A DNA stretch of 32,000 nt from Candidatus Heimdallarchaeota archaeon (lineage in GTDB: Archaea > Asgardarchaeota > Heimdallarchaeia > JABLTI01): contig JAUWKS010000007.1 of NCBI GenBank assembly GCA_030614005.1, forward strand, positions 1 to 32,000, in the 5' to 3' direction. How positions within the stretch are numbered: the first letter of the stretch is position 1; the number at the start of each line of letters is the position of its first letter. The position numbers were made by a program, and so were the translations under genes. Shown in pieces: positions 24,901 to 32,000 of this stretch. Below the pieces are notes generated by a model that was not told the origin of the DNA, did not search any database, and saw nothing but the letters and a program-made list of their open reading frames with translations.

Positions 24901-25709
24901 GAACCTTTTATGAAATGAACTTAGTTACAACTCAGGCATATCCAATCGTCGTGCCTATCGTTATAATAGGTGTGTTCTTAGTATTACTCTTCTTGTTTGG
25001 ATCCTATTTCACTCCAATCAGATTGATACTCACAATTGGTATGAGTATAGCTTTTACTTTGGGTCTGCTTTATCTAGTCTATGGAATAGGTTTTGGCGCT
25101 CCAATATTCTGGCTTCTTCCAATAATGCTATTTTCCATTTTAATGGGATTAGGTTTGGATTATGATATTTTCTTGGTATCTCGAATCAAAGAGTATTGTC
25201 AAGCTGGTATGACGGATAAAGATGCAATTATTCATGCCTTGGATCATACTGGAACAATCATTACATCTTGTGGGTTAGTGATGGCTGCAGCGTTTAGTAG
25301 CTTGATGTTCACTGAACTTTGGCACATCAACGAACTAGGATTTGCATTCACAATCTCAATATTAATCGACGCAACTGTAGTTCGTCTAATTCTTGTTCCA
25401 TCAATAATGGTGCTATTGGAGAAATTCAATTGGAAAGGACCGAAAAGATTGCAAAAGGTACACCGAAATCCAAAAGTAACTGCTGTAATGAAAATTTTAG
25501 GCGATAACATTGGTATTGAAATTTTCAGTCCTGAGTTAAAGAAATCTCTTGAAAATGTTGTAGAACAATCATCTTCCAATGCTACTGTTGAGGAGTTGAT
25601 TGGTAATATGCAACCAGCATTGATACAATATATAGATGAGAAAAAACTGACAACGATAATAACTGATCTTATGACCACTAAATTGAACGAAATATCTTTG
25701 AAATCGTAA
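21966..25709 (+). CDS. MMPL/RND family transporter with a large extracytoplasmic insertion
   Basis: Two RND repeats with GAGVDYCIFIYSRY and GLGLDYDIFLVSRIKE; GTIITSCGLVMAAAF; IDATVVRLILVP. Start uncertain (21966 or 22062). Confidence 0.92.
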   Translation: MSNLLFLFISQQLQLFQQGINKWQTKLRLKKQMCKIKSKKEKLELESKIAGESREKKKDNKDTTPKKKRKKELFKWLGGFVTKRYKIILIVSLLSLATAIYPAILLQGELKYNDQDFLPQNLESSIGEQILEDQFASNVSSLSTIIVLDSDELISSEDNLAYIEALTQGIDGSNVSNDVARVDNIVSTFIAYNSTYWSEINQARSAIDNMLFDNLTYANSAMQYAAGELNATMQQIAGLYLMTWFNFSRTYYYGHYDSNLFTAGPLDPTVLQTIALDTNFTNGFAISPEYVSLVYSYANSLDNISYVDDFVVNEIALSIANMSLFYASNMSLEEYQVQLYPLLALYYQNWIQSFQQTITNYSLSIVNGTLLSANLYDNSTIPNAYVSQGTVLGYLQIVNNTAFQGIDIRNLILSQASEFFDLSDPQIMAFLDSEDLATIIEAVYDLGLNPSQEAIQLLSASITEQIILGIITVNPSIPTIEEFCISDRVSNITRWFLSTDGKCSIYVVSYDVSSYSTVEEQNRALVAADKWIGDYSHQLISDMNLTQTRIYHTGEIFITESITESSGEAAGSIDIFAIIFVVIALILIFTSLVAPVIPLLTIGIAIVISFAFLFWVSKAMDIHYLSTLLLTIISLGAGVDYCIFIYSRYTEELKRGKPKEDAVKIAIEHAGESVFHSGLTVMVGFGALIIPNFPMLRSLGIAMLIGVGFSILASVLIVPSLLMLLGDAVFWPKKLNTILRPQKWFKKKKVPIIEIEEQSENVPDGQSLHKIKSEKEEVSEPKRKSSLSIRIGKFVTKNGLSIFLLAIVSIAPFVYFTTQMKTSTDFMSMMPSDFEPRDASDILTERMDYGNPISVKLLFTNLDQEVLSRETLIDTENLCKQLLTQEHVKTIRAVTRPLGTNSIPFDNPAMYSSYLSIMDNFVGKDNHTFYMEIYLDIDPYSDEANDYVGNLPAFIDEVISQEDLSYLTSADHYVMGVSRTFYEMNLVTTQAYPIVVPIVIIGVFLVLLFLFGSYFTPIRLILTIGMSIAFTLGLLYLVYGIGFGAPIFWLLPIMLFSILMGLGLDYDIFLVSRIKEYCQAGMTDKDAIIHALDHTGTIITSCGLVMAAAFSSLMFTELWHINELGFAFTISILIDATVVRLILVPSIMVLLEKFNWKGPKRLQKVHRNPKVTAVMKILGDNIGIEIFSPELKKSLENVVEQSSSNATVEELIGNMQPALIQYIDEKKLTTIITDLMTTKLNEISLKS

Positions 25710-25725
25710 AGTCTGTAAAACAATA

Positions 25726-25757
25726 ATACTTCTCGTTTCGAGAAGTATCTTTTTTTT
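25726..25757 (+). terminator. Hairpin plus U8 terminator
   Basis: ATACTTCTCG-ttt-CGAGAAGTAT-c-TTTTTTTT between convergent genes. Confidence 0.7.
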
Positions 25758-25800
25758 CTAAAAAACAATACAACATAAACTTCTATCTAGAGGTCGCCTT

Positions 25801-26211
25801 CTAAAAAAAAAGTTCAAAGAGTTCCTCTATTTGAATGAGTGCTCTTTTTGCAGGTAGAACTGCTAATCCAGCTTTTTTTGCTTTTATTCCTCTAAATTTT
25901 ATTGCCATGGTGAAATTTTCTGAACGAGCAATTAACAAGCTTCCTTGCTCTGTTCGAATATTCATGTGCCTGAATGTATCCTCGGGATTCCCTTCAATAC
26001 TTTGGAGGGCAAGTAATGTACTGATACTCTTGATGGTGTCTATTAGTAGGGCAGCAGTTCCTTCAACATTTATGGAACCTTTATGTTCATGTACACTACA
26101 ACAAGGTAATCCTTCCTCTGTTGTAAGAACAATATCTGATGAACCTGTTCTGTCCATCAAATCGCGGAGAATTTTTTCCGCTAGTTCGTTTATTGAAGCA
26201 CTTTCATCCAT
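25801..26211 (-). CDS. Roadblock/LC7 domain protein
   Basis: ILRDL...DIVLTTEEGLP...AALL...HMNIRTEQGSLLIAR...AGLAV pattern. Confidence 0.78.
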   Translation of the reverse strand: MDESASINELAEKILRDLMDRTGSSDIVLTTEEGLPCCSVHEHKGSINVEGTAALLIDTIKSISTLLALQSIEGNPEDTFRHMNIRTEQGSLLIARSENFTMAIKFRGIKAKKAGLAVLPAKRALIQIEELFELFF

Positions 26212-26375
26212 ACCAACACCCCAAAATTATAACAGTAAATTTGCTCTTTTTGTTTTTTTAACTTTCTTTCAAATAATCAAATTACTTTCTCCTATAAAGA
26301 TTTAATGATTAAAGCAGAATGGATTTTCCGCTAGTCAAATAAAAAAAGACTCTTCTTACACAAACTTCTTTCCAC

Positions 26376-27131
26376 CTAAAATAATAATGGATAAGCAAGT
26401 TCGTGCAAGATTTCATATTTCTTTGGATCAAAATCTACTTCATCTAGTAACTCATTCAAGTTAGTGTACTCGAATTCATTTAATGCTACAGGGAAATTTT
26501 TCTTATCAATTTCTTCTTTAGGTATAGCGAAGAAGCTTAGTAGTAATGGTCCAAGGTACCCTGTTTCTACATAAATTTGAACTATCCAGTGGAAATATTG
26601 CATTAGTTCTTTCAGCGTTGAATTTTCGATTGCTTCTGCAATGATACTATAAGAAGTCATTAAAGCTGCTCTTCGTGTGAGATAGTCCTTGGTTTTGCCA
26701 ACAGAAATTAATGTTGAAAGTAGTTCAAGATTCGCCCAACTTGAAAGTGCGATAATAACTGCGTATTGTAAATCTGCTTTACTTTCTCTCAGAATCTTCA
26801 AGAGAATAGGAAGGGAATTATTATGACCTATTTTTCCTATTACCTCAATTACAGCGAGTTTTTTCGCAAGTGATTCCGATTTGAGTTCAATATGCAATTG
26901 TTTTATTAAATTAGGTGAAGACTTTTTTTCGTATACTCTAGCAATAGCCATTGAACATGCATTTCTGACATTCCATGAGGGATCTTCTAATCCATCAAGT
27001 AATTTCTCTAATGACGCTTGTCCACCAACTTCAAGAAGTGTTAGAGCTCCTTTAACTCGATCGATCTCTTTTTCTGAGGTTAATCTTCTCTTTGCTATTC
27101 CTCTTTGAAATACTCTTTTGATAAAAGCCAT
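26376..27131 (-). CDS. HEAT-repeat (PBS lyase-like) protein
   Basis: LLDGLEDPSWNVRNACSMAI, AVIEVIGKIG, LQYAVIIALS, TRRAAL. Confidence 0.8.
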   Translation of the reverse strand: MAFIKRVFQRGIAKRRLTSEKEIDRVKGALTLLEVGGQASLEKLLDGLEDPSWNVRNACSMAIARVYEKKSSPNLIKQLHIELKSESLAKKLAVIEVIGKIGHNNSLPILLKILRESKADLQYAVIIALSSWANLELLSTLISVGKTKDYLTRRAALMTSYSIIAEAIENSTLKELMQYFHWIVQIYVETGYLGPLLLSFFAIPKEEIDKKNFPVALNEFEYTNLNELLDEVDFDPKKYEILHELAYPLLF

Positions 27132-27133
27132 GA

Positions 27134-28729
27134 TTATGCACTTTCCTGTTGAGTGACTATTTCATCAATCAATATACGTACTGAAGCTAGTTTTGATTGA
27201 CTCATTTTACTCAAATGACTATAGTCAACTTCCTTGCGTATTTTAGAAGTTCCATAAAGCACGCTTGTTGAAACATCCGTTTCTTCTTCTTTTGCTTGTG
27301 CTTCTTTTTGTGCTTTAACGAAATCCAACAATTCTTTGGATATATCAATTGCTCGAGTGTAAATTGGAATATCCCAAGGTGACATTGGATTGTCATCAAG
27401 ACTGCCCACTGAGAGAAGTGTTCCCACTATCATTCTATCCAATTTCTTAAACATAATGATATCTGGAAAACCAGGTGTTGGCATCTTGAAATTTTGACGA
27501 TAAAGCAAACTGTGGTTATGAAGAATTAGCAACTGTTCTAAATTAACCGATTCATCATCAATTTCGAATACATAGATTGGTTTAGAATCAACTTTGACAT
27601 AACCATAAAATTGGAATGCTTTGCTACTTTCTAACCATTGGCCTACATTGACAACTTGGAAACGATGGACAAATTTAACGTAATCATCAATTTGATCCCA
27701 TTCTCCTTCGTAGATATTCCATGTTTTTCTCCAGTAACCAGTAGAATCTGCGTGCCAGTAGACATTTGTAGATTGAGTTCTTTCTCGAACATCCTTGATA
27801 ATTTTCCGTGCATCAGGACCTCCACCTGCTTTGTTAAGGAGGTCTAGGTCACCTTTCATCTCGAGAACTTCTTGAATAATCTCTCTTGGTTGTTCTAATT
27901 TATCCTCAAAAGCTCTTTTGATTAATTCAAGAGAGAACTGATTCATTGGTGGTCCATAAATTGGTTTGAGTAAACGTGGAAGTGTATTGAATTTGTATTC
28001 TCCTTTTTCGAGAATTTTAGTGGCTATTTCTGTATGAATGTAATTTGCAAATGCTTCTATTAGAATTCCTGAAAGGTTCTTCTTCTTCACAGCCTCTGCT
28101 CGTTTGTTAAGAAAAGTAATTATTTCCAAAAGGAAGTTCTGGAAAAGAGATGTATTCCTTGAGCTTTCCGGTGGGAGATAGAAATCTTGTACACCAAATG
28201 TTGAAAGCAGGCGTATAACCGCAACCATGTCTTGAAAATAGGGCAAACCCCAACCGATTTGGCGAGCTTCTTTCAGTCCATAGGCATTATTCATCATTAA
28301 TTCCTTAATGATCATATCCATACGATAGATTTGTGTGAGCATTTCACTATCATTTGTAGCAGACTTTTCAGCAAAATATGCGTGAGCAAATGCATGAATA
28401 AACATTATTCTCAAAGCGAAATCTCTTTCCGGGCTTTGTTCAAGCTCGAAAGGAAGGCTCATATAAATCATTGTAGGTTTACTGGGGAAGACTGAAATGC
28501 ATTCATCTGCTAAGTAATTTCTCGCTCGAGACTTTCTTAAGTTTTCAATCATTTCTTGGGAGAGCACTGCATGTGGGCTTCCACCTAATTCCATTACTTG
28601 GTAAAGGCTACTGTGAAGTTCAGGATCAATGAATACAAGTACTTTGTATTCTTCTGGTGTTTCACCTACAAATTCCTCGAAGTCTTTTCGAGCTTGTTTG
28701 TAGATTTCAACTACTCGTGGATTGTCCAA
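27134..28729 (-). CDS. Hypothetical protein with a degenerate zincin-like motif
   Basis: 531-aa ORF. FIHAFAHAYF (HExxH with E replaced by A) and downstream LIEAFANY. Confidence 0.7.
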   Translation of the reverse strand: MDNPRVVEIYKQARKDFEEFVGETPEEYKVLVFIDPELHSSLYQVMELGGSPHAVLSQEMIENLRKSRARNYLADECISVFPSKPTMIYMSLPFELEQSPERDFALRIMFIHAFAHAYFAEKSATNDSEMLTQIYRMDMIIKELMMNNAYGLKEARQIGWGLPYFQDMVAVIRLLSTFGVQDFYLPPESSRNTSLFQNFLLEIITFLNKRAEAVKKKNLSGILIEAFANYIHTEIATKILEKGEYKFNTLPRLLKPIYGPPMNQFSLELIKRAFEDKLEQPREIIQEVLEMKGDLDLLNKAGGGPDARKIIKDVRERTQSTNVYWHADSTGYWRKTWNIYEGEWDQIDDYVKFVHRFQVVNVGQWLESSKAFQFYGYVKVDSKPIYVFEIDDESVNLEQLLILHNHSLLYRQNFKMPTPGFPDIIMFKKLDRMIVGTLLSVGSLDDNPMSPWDIPIYTRAIDISKELLDFVKAQKEAQAKEEETDVSTSVLYGTSKIRKEVDYSHLSKMSQSKLASVRILIDEIVTQQESA

Positions 28730-30104
28730 GTCTCATACTCTCCGTAATGATGGTTTTTGCTAGTATATCCATTCTTGATGGATCTATTATTACTGGATAA
28801 GCGATGCCTCTAAGGGCTCTTCTAGTATCTCTCCAGAGATCCGTGTGTCGTAATCGCTCTGATCCAATCATAAAGTAGGATACTTTCCAAGCTCTACTTC
28901 GATCTTTCACCACATCTCTTAGTAAGCTGTTCAGTTCAATGTAACAATTTCGTGCAACAGGATCAATTACTTCCCGCTCTTCTTCAAAATAATGCAATAA
29001 ACTTGTTGATGGTTTTGCGTCATACCCTGGAATCAGCTCATTTGGTCGTCCATCTGTGACGATAATGATGTGAATGTCTCTATTTTGAGTGTTTTTCTTA
29101 ATGCGAGCATGATCTATTGCTGATCTGATTGAAGCGCTCATTGGAGTCCGTCCTTTTGCTTGGGCAGTTAATAAGAATCGTTCCAGTTCTCCTTCTGAAG
29201 AAACTATTCTACGATTCTTGGAAATAGGAACAACAGCAGTTCTGAATGCTTTTTGGTTTGTTCTTCTTGTTCTTCCTTGTTTCTTCAAGTAATAGAAGAT
29301 AGCCAAAGAAGTTAAGAGTGCACCTTCAAGTCTAGAGAAGTGTGTTCCTTGGACAACATTTCTCATAGATTGAGAGATATCAACTGCAAGATAGATCTGT
29401 GCATTTCTATCTTTCTTTATAATAACAATATCATCAGTATCAATAGATTTTGGTGGAATAGATTGAGAGGTAAGAATTGAATGTTCAAATGTTTTCTTCT
29501 TGTGGATTTTACCTCGAGGTCTAACAATTGTTTCATTTACCGGTCTAGCTGGTAATTGTCTGGTTAACCAATTGCCAAGTTGATTTCCTAAGAAATCCAT
29601 AACTTCCTCACGTTTAATCCTCATTTTATGACCAAAACGATCTGTAATTTCAATATCTGTCAATTCTTCCAGAGTACGTAATGACTCTGTCAATTGTTTT
29701 TTGTAATCCGCTGTGCCTTCGAATCCTTTCAGATGTTTCTGAATAAAAGATTCGATTTCCTCTTTTGTTTGTAGTTCACCCATATTGACTTTCAATAGAG
29801 CGTCTGGTAAAGCTTCGTTACCAAGATACTCGAGTATTTCCAGTTCACGGATAAGATCTTCTTCTTCCATGGGTTCCATTGGTGTAACTAGCAATCTTCG
29901 GCGGATATTTTTCACTGCAACAGCGTTCTCAAGAGACATACCTAGAACTAGGGCTTCTCGCGAGCTTTGTCCTTTTCGAGGGTCTCGCCATTTTTGTAAT
30001 ACGCTGGCAGCATCAGCGAAGTCAAACACAAATTCAGGGTCGCGCCAAATTGTCAGCGGATCTGAAAATCTCTCACGAGTGATCATGTGTAATCTATGAG
30101 GCAT
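28707..30104 (-). CDS. VWA domain protein
   Basis: Complete MIDAS: LAVDISQS (DxSxS), GRTPM, IIVTDGRPN. Confidence 0.88.
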   Translation of the reverse strand: MPHRLHMITRERFSDPLTIWRDPEFVFDFADAASVLQKWRDPRKGQSSREALVLGMSLENAVAVKNIRRRLLVTPMEPMEEEDLIRELEILEYLGNEALPDALLKVNMGELQTKEEIESFIQKHLKGFEGTADYKKQLTESLRTLEELTDIEITDRFGHKMRIKREEVMDFLGNQLGNWLTRQLPARPVNETIVRPRGKIHKKKTFEHSILTSQSIPPKSIDTDDIVIIKKDRNAQIYLAVDISQSMRNVVQGTHFSRLEGALLTSLAIFYYLKKQGRTRRTNQKAFRTAVVPISKNRRIVSSEGELERFLLTAQAKGRTPMSASIRSAIDHARIKKNTQNRDIHIIIVTDGRPNELIPGYDAKPSTSLLHYFEEEREVIDPVARNCYIELNSLLRDVVKDRSRAWKVSYFMIGSERLRHTDLWRDTRRALRGIAYPVIIDPSRMDILAKTIITESMRLGQSTSS

Positions 30105-30164
30105 TGTGTATGCTCTCCATTCATCGTAAATGATAACAAAATATCCAGTATTTTACCAGATATT

Positions 30165-31727
30165 TTAGATATGATCGATTAATAGCAATTGTTCATAGCT
30201 TGGCTTCAATTGCTCGATAACTTTTTCTTGGATTTTCTTTGATTGCTTACCAAGATTTTCATATTTGATGATTATTTTTATTAATTCATCATCAGTTAGT
30301 GCTCTCATTTTATCAATATCTTCAGAGATGCTTTCAACAGTGGTTAGCTCTCCTTCTGATTTGATTTCTCTACGAAGCATAGTTTTTACTTCTTGGATAG
30401 CATCATTGATGAGGTTTCGTGGAATATCGAAGAGTTCAACAAGCTTCTTTGCGTCATCTAATGTAAGCATAGCAACTTGACTTTCTATGTAGAATTCATC
30501 TTTTCGTAGAACAGTTTCACCAATTAAACTGTAGAGGGTACGCAAATCAACGTGAGGTGTTTTTTCTGGATCATGAATATCTATCAGTGATTTGAAGAAC
30601 ATATCTCGAGTGACTTTCTTACGAGCATAAGCTTCAGATTCACCTGCTTTCAATGAATTTGGTATGGATAAATCTGCGAGTAATCCAATGAAATGGATAG
30701 CAAGTTTACTTACACCTTTAGAACCAAATTGTTTTGTCTTTTCAAGTAAAGCAACGAGTGCAGGATTTGCTGTCATATTATTGAGGCAGAGCGTGAGGTG
30801 CTCTCTGAACATATCCTCAACGATTTTTACACGTTCAAGTTTTGTTCTTGCTGGCCATAAAACTTCTGGAATACGGTTGATAATTGGTTGTGCTTCTTCA
30901 CCGAAAACACTCAAAGGAGCGTTTGAAGTAAAGATCATTGCACCATCAATAAAAGCGGGACGACCTTGAATACTATATTTAATTCCACTTGGATCTTCAA
31001 GGAAACCCATTAATGCTTCAAGGAAGTTCAATGGTAATCTCTGAATTTCGTTTACAATAACAAAACCTTGAGAGAGAACACCAACTTTGTGTGCCATTGG
31101 AGAGAAGGTAGTACTTGTTTCTCCACCGAATAATTGCTCAAGATTTTCTACTCCTGCAAGAAGCATGTAAAGACCTTCAGGATCATTTCTGGGGTCAATT
31201 TGTGCTACATTGACAACTGTTTTTTCTGCTTTAACAGCATATAATGCTTTGACCATCATTGCTGGTTCTACTTTAGCAACATCTGAACTTTTATTCAAAT
31301 TGATATCTGAACCTGTAACCTTCTTGAGTGATTCACTTATAGTCTTTTGACAGAAAGGACAAAGACTCTTTAATACTCCAGCAGAGGCTTTTGGATCCTT
31401 TTCAAAGGATTCAATAATATGGATGAGATATCCAGCATCTTCATTGAACGGACAGTTATTAATGTGCCATTTCTTTTCATTGATTTCATGTGTGAGATGT
31501 TTGAGCATAACTCTAGCAAAAAGAGTTTTAGCTTCACCTGTTGGGCCAATTAACAGTACTTTTCCTGAAACTGCTATCTTATCCATGACAATACCTTTTG
31601 AGTGTTCATTACCACGAACTGCTGGATCGTCATTTATTCGTTTTCTAAGTTCAGGGTCATTCAAAAGTCTTCTAACAGAGCACCCAGAATATCCCTTTTT
31701 CGCTAAAGAGGCAATTGTTACTGACAT
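30165..31727 (-). CDS. AAA+ ATPase (MoxR/Mg-chelatase-like clade) with variant Walker motifs
   Basis: LLIGPTGEAKT, VIVNEIQR, FTSN, INRI; Cys cluster CPFN...CPFC. Confidence 0.85.
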   Translation of the reverse strand: MSVTIASLAKKGYSGCSVRRLLNDPELRKRINDDPAVRGNEHSKGIVMDKIAVSGKVLLIGPTGEAKTLFARVMLKHLTHEINEKKWHINNCPFNEDAGYLIHIIESFEKDPKASAGVLKSLCPFCQKTISESLKKVTGSDINLNKSSDVAKVEPAMMVKALYAVKAEKTVVNVAQIDPRNDPEGLYMLLAGVENLEQLFGGETSTTFSPMAHKVGVLSQGFVIVNEIQRLPLNFLEALMGFLEDPSGIKYSIQGRPAFIDGAMIFTSNAPLSVFGEEAQPIINRIPEVLWPARTKLERVKIVEDMFREHLTLCLNNMTANPALVALLEKTKQFGSKGVSKLAIHFIGLLADLSIPNSLKAGESEAYARKKVTRDMFFKSLIDIHDPEKTPHVDLRTLYSLIGETVLRKDEFYIESQVAMLTLDDAKKLVELFDIPRNLINDAIQEVKTMLRREIKSEGELTTVESISEDIDKMRALTDDELIKIIIKYENLGKQSKKIQEKVIEQLKPSYEQLLLIDHI

Positions 31728-31774
31728 TTTTCATTACACTTCCAAAATTATCTTCAGTTCTTCTATTTTTAAAC

Positions 31775-32000
31775 TTATTTTTTATCTCGTTTGGATTTTT
31801 CTACACCGGATTTTGATGTTTCTTTTTTCTTCAATATTTTTGGTTTTATACCTAAAACTTCAATGTAATCATTTAACCAGCTAAAACAAGCGAGTATATC
31901 TTCTGCTTTATTTTCATGAATTTCCATTACATTCCATAATCTATCCGTTAATCTGATGAGGGAGTAAGCTTCAATTATTTCTGAAGATGTTAAAGCAATG
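31775..32000 (-). CDS. Hypothetical protein, C-terminal fragment (starts beyond the right edge)
   Basis: Open frame ...IALTSSEIIEAYSLIRLTDRLWNVMEIHENKAEDILACFSWLNDYIEVLGIKPKILKKKETSKSGVEKSKRDKK*, same strand and 47 nt from the AAA+ start. Confidence 0.65.
   Translation of the reverse strand, partial: IALTSSEIIEAYSLIRLTDRLWNVMEIHENKAEDILACFSWLNDYIEVLGIKPKILKKKETSKSGVEKSKRDKK

Noticed and set aside
25244-26305. Longer antisense track ORFs (25244..25768, 25835..26305) and similar ones elsewhere
   Set aside because: Antisense shadows of well supported genes, with no recognisable motifs.

Overview
AT-rich archaeal chromosomal window, most likely Asgard (Heimdallarchaeia-like). The taxonomy is inferred from aIF2alpha-Nop10, an intron-containing tRNA, a Roadblock/LC7 gene and two longin-like domains. 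Most genes are housekeeping or amino-acid catabolism: asnS, acdB, a proline/sarcosine-dehydrogenase-like pair, degV, pyk, tdh, kbl, AlkD-like, SSB, dUTPase and an MMPL transporter. I found no mobile element or CRISPR array. The main hunt results are: (1) an unannotated 50-aa secreted-peptide ORF with a 14-bp inverted repeat upstream, converging on a TPR-longin protein (RRNPP-like signalling hypothesis); (2) a 7TM-longin-SAM-methyltransferase fusion next to a free paralogue; (3) an AAA+/VWA/pseudo-zincin/HEAT operon; (4) a box C/D-like sRNA directly upstream of tRNA-Gly(CCC); (5) a ~95-nt structured RNA candidate with its own promoter; (6) a single in-frame TAA inside pyruvate kinase. All family calls come from motif recognition by eye, not from database searches.
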